A DNA stretch of 58,811 bases from Octopus bimaculoides (lineage: Eukaryota), in assembly GCF_001194135.2 (NCBI RefSeq), contig NC_069005.1:27238204-27297014 (forward strand), written 5' to 3'. The first letter of the stretch is position 1. The number at the start of each line of letters is the position of its first letter. Of this stretch, positions 27,510 to 38,292 are shown one piece after another. A program made the position numbers and the translations under genes. Under the pieces are notes generated by a model, which saw only the letters and a program-made list of their open reading frames with translations, searched no databases and was not told the DNA's origin.

Positions 27510-28373
27510 AGTATCAACCAGACTATCTGATGTTGTTATACACAGCTGGTCACAATGTGCTTCTTCACATTATTGTAGATTTTTGAATGATGCTACCTCA
27601 CTGGTTAGGTGACTGAAATCTTGACATTCACTGTAAAACGGGATGCCAGCCCTTCACAGGGAAGCGCATTTAAAACTGAAACGAAGAACACAAACACACT
27701 GCCTTGTCCAGGAATTGAAACCACGATCTTGCAATCATAATTGCAACACGCTAACCACTAGGCTACACAGGCACGCACACACATACACAGGGGACTTTTT
27801 CATTCTCCATCTACCACAGGGGTCTTTTTCGTTCTCCATCTACCACACATACACAGGGGACTTTTTCATTCTCCATCTACCACACATATACAGGGGACTT
27901 TTTCGTTCTCCATCTACCACACATACACAGGGGACTTTTTCATTCTCCATCTACCACACATACACAGGGGTCTTTTTCGTTCTCCATCTACCAATTCCAG
28001 TCACAAACTCTTAGTCAACCCCAAGCTGTAGTAGAAGACATTTGTCCAAGATGTTCTGTCGTGGGACTGAACTCAAAACCTCATGGTTAGCAAACCAAAG
28101 TTCACAGCCATACATGTCACTGAAAAAGTTAATTAATTAACAGTTTGAAACATTATAAGAAATCTAGAATTCTCAGTTGATTTTTTTTATGTCCATTACT
28201 CCTTTCCCCTTGTGGTTAACTTTTTGTCTAAAACTAAATCACCCTGTGTAGCTATTTAGATTAATTAATTGATTAATTTCTTTTAATTTTCAAGGAAAAC
28301 AAAGACTGCAATGCTCTCCCTCCACCTCCCTTAGTTCCAAACAGCCAGATTTCTATGGGCATGACCAGCTCAG
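7818..28373 (+). CDS. TASOR/TEX15-family protein (N-terminal DUF3715 PARP-like domain), multi-exon, 5' and 3' ends not located
   Basis: Exons 7818-7968, 10247-10395, 11604-11707, 11905-12042, 12663-14219, 15979-16197, 17885-18649, 19846-26998 (contains N gap) and probably 28295-28373 have AG/GT boundaries and join in phase. The spliced N-terminus (DPKSRDAKEIL..VRNTELEQDYRSKRTELKEEGR..ELSDQIAF..KNGL..IIGDHNSGVYLSKHAD..IEPTPNYDCHV..QIYLYEYDDEGMPAPRPRHCLPYAV) matches recalled TASOR/TEX15 motifs (LEKEF.EKRRELK..GR..KEL, LG.PS.GVYL.R..D, EPTP.(H/F)(E/D)CH, YFYEY, PR(H/Q)C.PYA). Confidence 0.85.
8262..8510 (+). mobile_element. Repeat with a tRNA-Thr(CGT)-like head (related copies at about 42915-43390, interrupted, and 17681-17850, 3' part)
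   Basis: GGGCAGTTTAGTTTAATGGTAAAACACTTGACGCGTAATCACAGAGATGTGAGTTCGAATCTCATGGCTGACCA folds as an imperfect cloverleaf; the downstream body is shared by three loci. Confidence 0.6.
10247..10395 (+). CDS. TASOR/TEX15-like exon (DUF3715)
   Basis: ttacag acceptor and G|gtaagt donor; encodes SKRTELKEEGRHNRELSDQIAFYAIRDPSYVPKIAKNGLTTNNLPFSIIG; not in the ORF track. Confidence 0.85.
10927..11311 (-). mobile_element. SINE/LINE-tail family B with (GAT)n tail (also on - at about 10428-10630, 19268-19500, 37533-37680, 43025-43280, 45500-45762; on + at 29501-29662, 38453-38710, 40020-40177, 44596-44766, 48667-48895, 56590-56896)
   Basis: Recurrent GGAAGGGCATCCAGCTGTAGAAACTCTGCC..CCAACCCATGCTAGCATGGAAAGCGGACGTTAAACGATGATGATG. 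Confidence 0.8.
11604..11707 (+). CDS. TASOR/TEX15-like exon (DUF3715, GVYL motif)
   Basis: tacag acceptor and gtaagt donor; encodes GDHNSGVYLSKHADVSLQMVETISNQLTTALFVFN. Confidence 0.85.
11905..12042 (+). CDS. TASOR/TEX15-like exon (DUF3715, EPTPNYDCH motif)
   Basis: ttttag acceptor and CAG|gtttgt donor; encodes VLTGKCKPVNERLMSSIEPTPNYDCHVGLQPPQLSDIHIIQTQRSQ. Confidence 0.85.
12663..14219 (+). CDS. TASOR/TEX15-like exon (end of DUF3715 plus low-complexity region)
   Basis: ttcag acceptor and AAG|gtatga donor; 519 open codons starting IYLYEYDDEGMPAPRPRHCLPYAVITY. Confidence 0.88.
13640..13715 (+). repeat. Coding (ACT)n/(AGT)n trinucleotide tract encoding a Thr/Ser run
   Basis: Translates to TATTTTTTTATSNSSSSSNS. 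Confidence 0.7.
14269..14657 (+). mobile_element. tRNA-derived SINE family A, full length
   Basis: GGAGGCGCAAT(T)GGCCTAGTGGTTAGGGCAGCGG..GGTTTCGATTCCCAGACC head and ..GGAGTGCCAACAAC tail; closely similar to the copies at 16278, 32671, 39449 and 58538. Confidence 0.85.
15979..16197 (+). CDS. TASOR/TEX15-like exon
   Basis: ttttgtag acceptor and GAA|gtaagt donor; 73 codons, phase 0 at both ends. Confidence 0.75.
16278..16618 (+). mobile_element. SINE family A copy with a nested 55-bp family B insertion
   Basis: Family A head and body interrupted at 16524-16578; runs into a gap. Confidence 0.8.
17885..18649 (+). CDS. TASOR/TEX15-like exon with basic NLS-like clusters
   Basis: tttgtag acceptor and CAG|gtgagt donor; 255 codons including ERKKKK and RRRRKRQKMRRK. 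Confidence 0.82.
18811..19065. mobile_element. Old TIR element with a degenerate telomere-like core
   Basis: 26-bp TIR GGTGCCACTTTAGCATATGGTCTACC matches its inverted copy at 19040-19065 at 23/26 positions; core of CCCTAA/CCTAAA-like units at about 18865-19000. Confidence 0.6.
19846..26998 (+). CDS. TASOR/TEX15-like giant exon (or two exons split inside the N gap 20525-21271)
   Basis: tttag acceptor at 19844-19845; open frame up to the gap and 5727 nt stop-free after it; CTT|gtaagc donor at 26999. The frame shifts by 1 across the gap, whose length is only an estimate. Confidence 0.85.
20341..21791 (+). repeat. Identical 184-bp direct repeat (20341-20524 and 21608-21791) inside the coding exon
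   Basis: Both copies encode SKKPWNLCIIQTSVDKPKPIYEPKQLSVIPIINKDVTPATPKLSYEEKPQSSKDNIPDYAK; upstream flanks differ; copy 1 ends at the gap. Confidence 0.85.
27776..27992 (+). repeat. Minisatellite of six units of about 37 bp (one shortened)
   Basis: Unit CACACATACACAGGGG(A/T)CTTTTTC(A/G)TTCTCCATCTAC. Confidence 0.9.
28295..28373 (+). CDS. Probable downstream exon of the TASOR/TEX15-like gene
   Basis: ttttcaag acceptor and G|gtttgt donor; phase 0 start fits the previous donor; encodes ENKDCNALPPPPLVPNSQISMGMTSS. Confidence 0.55.
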
Positions 28374-29327
28374 GTTTGTATCCTTAACTATTTCATTTCC
28401 TCATTTCATCTCCCCTTTTCGTCTACATGTATACATGAGCGTACAATTGCATGAATATTGGTCTCTAATTTCGGCACATTGAGAATTATGGAAATTTTCT
28501 TTGTAGAGTTATTGTATAACAAAACCTTGTGCCAAAATGCAAAACAAATATTTTATGTTGATAGCCTCAAAAGATGTCTCACAGTAAAAGACACTTGCCC
28601 AAGATGCCATGCAGTGGGACTGAACCCGGAACCATGTATTTGGGAATCAAACTTCTTACCACACAGCCACACCTGCACCTGATCAAGTTACCATTCATAA
28701 TAGCCCAAGTAACTTGGTTTGACTTATAATTGCTGTTTAGCCTTAGGTTAGCTTTGATCTAGCAGACCTATGATCAATATTGTTCCAACCATGACCATCA
28801 TGTCTTTGTTTTTATTTAGACATAGTATATCCAGGTAATTATTCATATTGCTGGCTGATAGGCTGGATACCCATCCTTACACTTTCACCTGTGAAGTAAG
28901 AAATGAAACCTGAAGACTGTTGCTGTTGTTGTGGGCCAGGCCAACTGGAACAAACACAAAACCCTTTCAGGCACAGCTCGCATTACAAAAGCATTGCATT
29001 ACTGAAAATTCTGCTTCAGTGTGGGATTCCATAATACAAACCAAATTGCCTTGGTTGTGGGTTCTAATCCTACAGGCAGCCTTTCACTTTATAGGCACAG
29101 GTGTGGCCATGTGGGTTAGAAGTTCACTTGCCAACCATGTGGTATCAGGTCCAGTCCCATGACACTGCATCTTGGGCAAATGTCTTCTACTAAAGCCTCA
29201 GGCCCAAAGCCTTGCCCTTCTAACTATCTGAGGAGGCACAAGTACTTTCCATATATACATGATGGAGTTTCCATCTACCAAATTTCGCTCAAGATCAGTG
29301 GAAACTAAAGTCGGTTGTGTGTATATA

Positions 29328-29845
29328 TACAAGAGGGTACTGAAAAGGTCCTGGCTTTAAGGGTACCGTGAAAGACCTGGTTGGAGGCCCAACCTTCTGA
29401 GTTCTTTTACAGGGATTAGAAAACCTGAAGGACCGCTGCAAGAATGTGAATCTGAGAGGGGAATATGTCGACCCTCTTTTATATATATATATATATTTTC
29501 CACACTCTCGGAGTGGTTGGCGTTAGGAAGAGCATCCAGCTGTTGAAACTCTGCCAAATCAGATTGGAGCCTGGTGTAGCCATCTGGTTTCACCAGTCCT
29601 CAGTCAAATCGTCCAACCCATGCTAGCATGGAAAGCGGACGTTAAATGATGATGATGATGATATATACGAGGAGGTGCTGAAAAGTTTCTGGCTTTAAAG
29701 GTATCGTGAAAGGCCTGGTTGGAGACCCAACCTTCTGAGTTCTTTTACAGGGCTTAGAAAAACTGAAGGGCCAATGCTATAACTGTGAATCTGAGAAGGG
29801 AATATGTTGAATAAAATCATAATTAACTGATCCTCCTGTATTTTT
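29328..29845 (+). mobile_element. Two internally deleted mariner-like elements (about 29328-29471 and 29666-29845) separated by a family B SINE
   Basis: TA-CGAGGAGGTGCTGAAAAG mariner-type end fused to decayed transposase C-terminus QGLEKLKGQCYNC/NLRREYVE-stop. Confidence 0.6.
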
Positions 29846-30832
29846 TTTTNNNNNNNNNNNNNNNNNNNNNNNNNNNNNNNNNNNNNNNNNNNNNNNNNNN
29901 NNNNNNNNNNNNNNNNNNNNNNNNNNNNNNNNNNNNNNNNNNNNNNNNNNNNNNNNNNNNNNNNNNNNNNNNNNNNNNNNNNNNNNNNNNNNNNNNNNNN
30001 NNNNNNNNNNNNNNNNNNNNNNNNNNNNNNNNNNNNNNNNNNNNNNNNNNNNNNNNNNNNNNNNNNNNNNNNNNNNNNNNNNNNNNNNNNNNNNNNNNNN
30101 NNNNNNNNNNNNNNNNNNNNNNNNNNNNNNNNNNNNNNNNNNNNNNNNNNNNNNNNNNNNNNNNNNNNNNNNNNNNNTTTTTTTTTTTTTTTTTTTTTTA
30201 AATCTTTTAACCATGGTCTTCCTTCCTTTTTATTAACCTTTTTTTTTTTTTTCGTTTCTACTAATTCTTTCATTTCACTTCTATGATATGACTGATGATA
30301 ATAATGGTGGACAAATCTCAAACACGAACATGTAGACACTAACGTGTCAAACATCATTTAAGAACAAACTACGTATATAACACAATCACATTTTTTGAAC
30401 AACCAAACATGTGATAAGAGGAGATGCATTTATTAATATTACTTCTTTCTCGCCCCGATTCTTTTATACTTGTGTGTCTGTGCATGTAAATTCATATATA
30501 TATATATTGCTTAGGCATGGTGATACTAATAACCTGGTGTAGAACTCAATATATGTGTGCCTCTGAACGAAGCATTAGTTGAATACAGAGCGGTAATAGG
30601 AAAATGAGATGACAAAGGCATAAACGATTATCTTATGAACTTCATATTCGGAGCTCTGCTGAAGCTATAAGGTGTTACTCAAGCACTCAACTCTGATGAG
30701 TCCACTGTGTCTTGTAGCTGAAACAACTGTAAACCAATGACATTCATAAGATAATTGTTTATTTCATTTTTCTTTTATATATATGAAATGTAGGTACATA
30801 CATACACATGCACTTATGCGCACACAAATGTA

Positions 30833-30874
<42 letters not shown>

Positions 30875-31118
30875 NNNNNNNNNNNNNNNNNNNNNNNNNN
30901 NNNNNNNNNNNNNNNNNNNNNNNNNNNNNNNNNNNNNNNNNNNNNNNNNNNNNNNNNNNNNNNNNNNNNNNNNNNNNNNNNNNNNNNNNNNNNNNNNNNN
31001 NNNNNNNNNNNNNNNNNNNNNNNNNNNNNNNNNNNNNNNNNNNNNNNNNNNNNNNNNNNNNNNNNNNNNNNNNNNNNNNNNNNNNNNNNNNNNNNNNNNN
31101 NNNNNNNNNNNNNNNNNN

Positions 31119-31174
<56 letters not shown>

Positions 31175-32064
31175 GTATATATACACACACACATACATTA
31201 TATACATATATATTCATGTAGGCATGTGTTGTATTTACCACTATATTTACTAATGTCACTCACTGTTTCTTTAAATATACTCATGAAACTGTGTATATAT
31301 GTGTGTATCATCATCATCATCTATCCATGTTCCATGCTAACATGGGTATACACACACACACACACACACACATACAAGTGGTGGAGATATACACACACAT
31401 TTTTCTTTTGGCTTGACGTATTTAATTCTATTACCATACTATATGAATATTTCTGGTTACTAGTATATTACTAGTTTCTTAGTGTATGATTGTTTTATTA
31501 CAGTATACTAATGCAAATTGGTATTTATCTACATACTATATGGCTGGTATGTACAAATATACTAATGTAAATTGATCATTATTAGTATACCGATATACAT
31601 TTGTATTTATTAGTATACTAATGTATATTAATATTTAATCATTCTTGTTCTTATTTTTATTTCTTATGACTCCTTCACCCTATTTTCTTGTTATACTGAC
31701 AATATATTATTACTAAAATATAAATCATTATACAAGTATTCTATATAATTTAATACTATTGATTATATACATACATATATATATATCTCGTCATGGACTC
31801 TCCTGTTGTAGACAACAGATGAGGGTTTCTACAATTTTTGCTGAACAATCTGCACAGATGATTTGTTTAGGGTGATCAAAACGTTTGTGCTGTACCTAAG
31901 CTCCCTCTCTCCATCAAAGTGACATTATCTGTACAGTGGCGAACAGTGTGCCCCACGTCAGATGTCGGAAGTGCTCGCAATGCACCACCTGGTCTGGGAA
32001 CTGAACCCATGATCCCGTGACCATGAGTGTAACACCGTAAATACGAAGTCCTCATATCTCTCAC

Positions 32065-32105
32065 TTTATATACATATATATACACACACATATATACACA
32101 TACAC

Positions 32106-32180
<75 letters not shown>

Positions 32181-32270
32181 CTTACATAGATATNNNNNNN
32201 NNNACACACACACACACACATATATACTTACATAGATATATACATACATACACACACACACACATATATA
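32065..32270. repeat. Compound (TA)n/(CA)n microsatellite; similar tracts at 1-70, 665-713, 15280-15321, 27110-27280, 27460-27505, 30835-31200, 33680-33775, 36595-37100, 42222-42295, 56895-56935
   Basis: Directly visible dinucleotide runs, many abutting N gaps. Confidence 0.9.
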
Positions 32271-32670
32271 ATGGACTGTCCCATCAAAGATGAAGTATGA
32301 GTGTTCACCTTTTGCCGAATGACATGCATCAGGTGTTAAAGCAACTGCAGAGTGTGAGATGAGGTGTTTTGCTCAAGAACACAACACACCACCTGGTTTA
32401 GGAATTGAAACTACGATCTCCTGATTGTGAGTGCAACGTCCTAACCACTAAGCCATGCATCCTCGCACACACACACACACACATATATCTAAATGCACGC
32501 TTAAAAAATGTTGATCTTCAACTTATAATCTGCTATTTATGGTAACAATTGATTGGCAGGCTTTCACCTTGTTGTTTTCACAAATAGTAAGATTAATTAG
32601 TAATTGTGATACTTTCATGGCCTGTTGGATGCATCATCATCTTTTTTTTCCCTTCCTGATATCTTTAAAG

Positions 32671-33057
32671 TGGAGGCGCAATGGCCCAGTGGTTAGGGCA
32701 GCGGACTCGCGGTCATAGGATCGTGGTTTCAATTCCCAGACCGGGCGTTGTGTGTGTTTATTGAGTGAAAACACCTAAAGCTCCATGAGGCTCCAGCAGG
32801 GGATGGTGGCGAACCCTGCTGTACTCTTTCACCACAACTTTCTCTCACTCTTACTTCCTGTTTCTGTTGTGCCTGTAATTCAAAGGGCCAGCCTTGTCAC
32901 ACTGTGTCATGCTGAATATCCCCCGAGAACTACGTTAAGGGTACACGTGTCTGTGGAGTGCTCAGCCACTTGCATGGTAATTTCACGAGCAGGCTGTTCC
33001 GTTGATCGGATCAACTGGAACCCTCGACGTCGTAAGCGACGGAGTGCCAACAACAAC
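32671..33057 (+). mobile_element. SINE family A, full length, with a 10-bp target-site duplication
   Basis: ATCTTTAAAG at 32661-32670 and 33058-33067; (CAA)n tail. Confidence 0.9.
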
Positions 33058-33700
33058 ATCTTTAAAGCGTATGGCAGTTTGGGAGAAGTCTTTCCCTGAC
33101 TGCTAACTGAATTATTCTTTAAAAAGAAGTTATAAACAACTGGATAAGATTAAACTCACGGGAGAAATTTTCAGAAACTGTCAATGTATGAAGAGTGTGT
33201 AGAATAAGAAAACCCTAGATACCTAGCCTAGCTTGGGTGGAAACTTACCCTCATGAACAGGCTGAGAGAAATCAGTGCCATGTCGGGAGATATTAGTTGG
33301 TTAACACCATGACACCATTTGGTTGGTTTACTGCTTAACCTGTGCCCAACTCTGATACAGCTTCCCTGTGATCAAAGGTGTTCCAATTATAACTATCTGT
33401 CTCATGCACAGTGTATCTAGACGTACAAAGTAGCCTTCAAGTTTTTGAAGTTGTTAGAATGTAATATCAGGTATTTCCAATAAGTCTCATACAATACATT
33501 GTCAGTTTCACAATTTCCTTGTCAAATATATAATGTAGGTTTATGGAGAGTTTGTTGTCTCAAATTTCTTTGGAGGTTAGGAAATTTGTGTAACTTTCTA
33601 TGATGACAGCATTATTGTTAGTATCAAAGTATACAAATATCAACACTAAGTAGTTGCTAATCTCCAAAAGTTAACCAGTTTTATATATATACATACATAT

Positions 33701-33773
<73 letters not shown>

Positions 33774-34618
33774 CACATTTCAAAAGTAAATAGACACTAT
33801 TTACGAAATATCTGTTTCAGTAAATAAAATGTTCTTTGATACATTTAAATACTTAATCTAGTATTTAATAGACATGCTTTGTGCAGTTTTGAAATGATTT
33901 AACCAATTTGGGCCTCATACAAATGAGTGGTTCCCACACAAATGAAATGGTAAAATCATGGGTGGAGTCTATTTACTTTTGAAGTGTGTGTACACACACA
34001 CACAGCAAATGTACATTAAGCTCAGTCAACAGATTACACACACACACACACACACACAGCAAGTGTACATTAAGCTCAGTCAACAGATTATACACACTGG
34101 CACCTACAAGGTGGTCCTATCTGACTATTATTAAAATATATGTAGATTTTTTTTGTGCTGTATTTTACAAGTTTAGGCCATTGTCTGCCCACAAGCTTCC
34201 ATGGTTTTGAAGACACTAAATGCTTGAATTAAGATTTTTAATTGATTCCACCCCACCCCCCTTAAAAGATAACGAAGCAGGAAGTTTTGTCTTCCATAAA
34301 ATTGCATAAAAGTTCCAGAATAAATTGAGGTTTTTCTTTTTTCCTCATTACAAATCTGTAATATAATAATTTCTAAAATATATTTCCGATGACGATGATG
34401 ATGATGATGAAAGTGCAATTTTCATCTAATTTATTCACATTTTCCGTTTAAATATGGTGTTTACCATATATTTGCGTACTTGTACATATGTAAATATATA
34501 TTTCTGTATAGGAGTGTATGTAATTGTGTATAAACTTCGAAACATTGTGTTCAAAAGATATTATCTGGTGTTTATTTATATTTAACATCCTCTCTCAATA
34601 TCAATTAATACTATATAA

Positions 34619-34652
<34 letters not shown>

Positions 34653-36594
34653 CGCACACACATATGTATGTATATAAAACATTGAAATACTTTTTCTTCT
34701 AACTGCTGTATTATTATTATTATTATTATTATTAAGGCGGTGAGCTGGCAGAATTTGTTAGCACACTGGACGAAATGCTTAATGGTATTTCCGCCAAGGT
34801 TGACTTTGCCTTTCATCCTTTCGGGGTCGATAAATAAAGTACCAGTGGAACACTGGGGGTCAATGTAATCGACTAGTCCCCTCCCCCCAAATTTCTGACC
34901 TTAAGCCTTTAGTAGAAAGGATTATTATTATTATTATTATTATTATCATTTATTCAGGCTATGAGCTGGCAGAATGATTTGCACATCAGCAAATCTTCCA
35001 ACTCCTTACATTCGGTGTTCAAATTCCTCCAAGGTCAATTTTGCCTTTCCTCCCTCCAGGGTCGATAAAACACATACCAGCTGAGGATGGGTGGGGGTAG
35101 TCATCTTACCCCCTTCCTCAAAACAGCTGACCTTGTAACTATAGTAGAAAGAATTATTATTNNNNNNNNNNNNNNNNNNNNNNNNNNNNNNNNNNNNNNN
35201 NNNNNNNNNNNNNNNNNNNNNNNNNNNNNNNNNNNNNNNNNNNNNNNNNNNNNNNNNNNNNNNNNNNNNNNNNNNNNNNNNNNNNNNNNNNNNNNNNNNN
35301 NNNNNNNNNNNNNNNNNNNNNNNNNNNNNNNNNNNNNNNNNNNNNNNNNNNNNNNNNNNNNNNNNNNNNNNNNNNNNNNNNNNNNNNNNNNNNNNNNNNN
35401 NNNNNNNNNNNNNNNNNNNNNNNNNNNNNNNNNNNNNNNNNNNNNNNNNNNNNNNNNNNNNNNNNNNNNNNNNNNNNNNNNNNNNNNNNNNNNNNNNNNN
35501 NNNNNNNNNNNNNNNNNNNNNNNNNNNNNNNNNNNNNNNNNNNNNNNNNNNNNNNNNNNNNNNNNNNNNNNNNNNNNNNNNNNNNNNNNNNNNNNNNNNN
35601 NNNNNNNNNNNNNNNNNNNNNNNNNNNNNNNNNNNNNNNNNNNNNNNNNNNNNNNNNNNNNNNNNNNNNNNNNNNNNNNNNNNNNNNNNNNNNNNNNNNN
35701 NNNNNNNNNNNNNNNNNNNNNNNNNNNNNNNNNNNNNNNNNNNNNNNNNNNNNNNNNNNNNNNNNNNNNNNNNNNNNNNNNNNNNNNNNNNNNNNNNNNN
35801 NNNNNNNNNNNNNNNNNNNNNNNNNNNNNNNNNNNNNNNNNNNNNNNNNNNNNNNNNNNNNNNNNNNNNNNNNNNNNNNNNNNNNNNNNNNNNNNNNNNN
35901 NNNNNNNNNNNNNNNNNNNNNNNNNNNNNNNNNNNNNNNNNNNNNNNNNNNNNNNNNNNNNNNNNNNTTTTTTTTTTTTTTTTTTTTACGGGATTTTTTG
36001 CATTGCTTCAATGGTCGTTTCTTTCTCACTGAACTGGAAACTGATTTTTTTTTTTTCCTTAAATATTAATATTTAATATTTTTAAATATTTTTTTTTCTT
36101 TAATGGTAACATTCTTTATCATCATTATTAAATTAGAAAAAAAATTATTATTACTACTACTACTACTACTACTACTATTACATGGCAGTAAGCTGGCAGA
36201 ATCATTAACTTGTCAAGCAAAATTTTTCGTTGCATTTTGTTTGTCTTGAAATCCTTAGTTCAAATTCTGCCAAGGTCAACTTTGCCTTTCATCCTTTACA
36301 GGGTCGATCAAATAAGTACCAGTGGAGCACTGGGGGAGGCGATGTAATCGACTTACCCCACTAACCCCAAAACTACTGGCCCTGTGCCAAAATTTGAAAC
36401 CATCATTATTAATATTAATATTATACAAACATTTGAAGAATATTTATGAAGTGTTAAAACAGCCTGATTCTATGTACTTGTAAATGCATAAACTGGCTAC
36501 ACTTTCTGTACATAGTGTAAATATGTGTTATATGTCTAATGTATGCAGGAGTGAGAATGTGTGTATGTACGTGTGTTTAAGTATTGTATGTGCA

Positions 36595-36639
<45 letters not shown>

Positions 36640-36714
36640 ATAAAATACTCTTTCAGTCCTTGAGTTGTGGCCATACTAAAGTAGAACCATCACTCCAATA
36701 CATACATACATATT

Positions 36715-36753
<39 letters not shown>

Positions 36754-36945
36754 TGTAGAGCTGATCCTTTGTATATAATGNNNNNNNNNNNNNNNNNNNN
36801 NNNNNNNNNNNNNNNNNNNNNNNNNNNNNNNNNNNNNNNNNNNNNNNNNNNNNNNNNNNNNNNNNNNNNNNNNNNNNNNNNNNNNNNNNNNNNNNNNNNN
36901 NNNNNNNNNNNNNNNNNNNNNNNNNNNNNNNNNNNNNNATGTGCA

Positions 36946-36990
<45 letters not shown>

Positions 36991-37065
36991 ATAAAATACT
37001 CTTTCAGTCCTTGAGTTGTGGCCATACTAAAGTAGAACCATCACTCCAATACATACATACATATT

Positions 37066-37104
<39 letters not shown>

Positions 37105-37688
37105 TGTAGAGCTGATCCTTTGTATATAATGTAAATATTCATCCTTGTAGATAAGTTGTAAATGGTTGTGGTCTAAAAGGAGTTTGCTTGTCTTCAATCT
37201 TGACTGCCCCTCTCCCCACTTCCTTTTAATCCCATTGGTATGTGTAATGCATAAAAAAAACAAAACAAAACAAAAACCCAACTGTAGTTATTGTAAGTAC
37301 AAATTGTCTCATGTAACCCAATGTGTTTTAGTAAGCATGGTATTGTGATAAACTGGACGCTGATAAAACCCCTCTTTATCATTACAGACAAACAAGTAAT
37401 AGCTGAAACTGTAAAAAGTTCTGCTAGGATTTATTTTTACCAAATCATTCAATTATTACAGATCAATGCAATAATAAAATTATTCAAAAGTAATCTTGGT
37501 CTTTTTGCGTTTTTCTTCTTTCCTTTTTATCATTCATCATCATCATCATCAATTAACGTCTGTTTTCCATGCCAACATGTGTTGGATAGTATGAACTTGG
37601 CAAAAGGTGAGGGTTGGCAACAGGAAAGGCATCTGCCCATAGAAAATCTGCCTCAACAAATTCTATCCAACCCATTCAAGTGAAAAAA

Positions 37689-37888
37689 TAACTCTTTAGC
37701 ATTTAAACCTGGCCCAAATATTCTACTTGTTTCGTGTTCAAACTGACCAGATCCAGCCTCTCACACCTTAATGACAATGTTATTCTTAAAATAAGCAATC
37801 ACATCATTGAAATCTCGAAACTACAAGATAATGCATGATTAATTCAAAACAATGTGAATAAATAAGAGAGCGTAATCTAAAGGGTTAA
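37689..37888. mobile_element. piggyBac-like MITE (related inverted copy at about 40180-40320)
   Basis: Starts TAA-CTCTTTAG and ends CTAAAGGG-TTAA. Confidence 0.45.
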
Positions 37889-38066
37889 AGTTAATAAAAA
37901 AAATCATTTTAAATCCCTACCAAAATCCTGATTAATCTCAAGATTTAATGAGACATATACACACTGTGCTAATGGAACAGGGTCACAAAAGGGTTAAGAA
38001 GGACAAACGAGTCCCCAATCAACAACAAAATAGAAAAAACAAGTGAAATGTTTGATTTGGTTTCAA

Positions 38067-38072
38067 TTTATT
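38067..38072 (-). terminator. Candidate polyadenylation signal of NDUFS6
   Basis: AATAAA on the - strand about 95 nt downstream of the stop codon. Confidence 0.45.
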
Positions 38073-38166
38073 TACAGTTTTTTTTGTTTTTTTTCTTCAC
38101 TACAACTAAATTAACTTTTTTGCACTTTTGCTTCTGAATATAATTTAAAAGATTAATTAATTTTTT

Positions 38167-38292
38167 TTATTTGCCTGCATCAGCCAAATACTCCTCGTAG
38201 GTTATAGATGGTCCATGTTCAGCTTCATTGTAAAACGTCTTTTGAATAAACTTGCGGCCAGAATAGCCACAAATTGCTATCTCAGGTTTATT
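38167..38292 (-). CDS. NDUFS6: NDUFS6 exon 4 (terminal)
   Basis: ttcag|[44 protein letters not shown]. Confidence 0.92.
   Translation of the reverse strand, partial: NKPEIAICGYSGRKFIQKTFYNEAEHGPSITYEEYLADAGK

Noticed and set aside
27776-27992. CRISPR-like appearance of the 37-bp repeat array
   Set aside because: Units are contiguous with no unique spacers, the context is eukaryotic and there are no cas genes.
31430-31780. AT-rich stretch with recurring TAGTATAC/TACTAATG words
   Set aside because: No regular period; consistent with low-complexity decayed microsatellite.
36579-37131. About 200-bp direct repeat around gap 36781-36938
   Set aside because: Identical flanks bounded by microsatellites at a gap; most likely an assembly duplication.
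38260-38265. Idea that A-to-I editing restores the NDUFS6 cysteines
   Set aside because: AGC edits to GGC (Gly) and TCT has no A; editing TAT to TGT would give the wrong CxC spacing.
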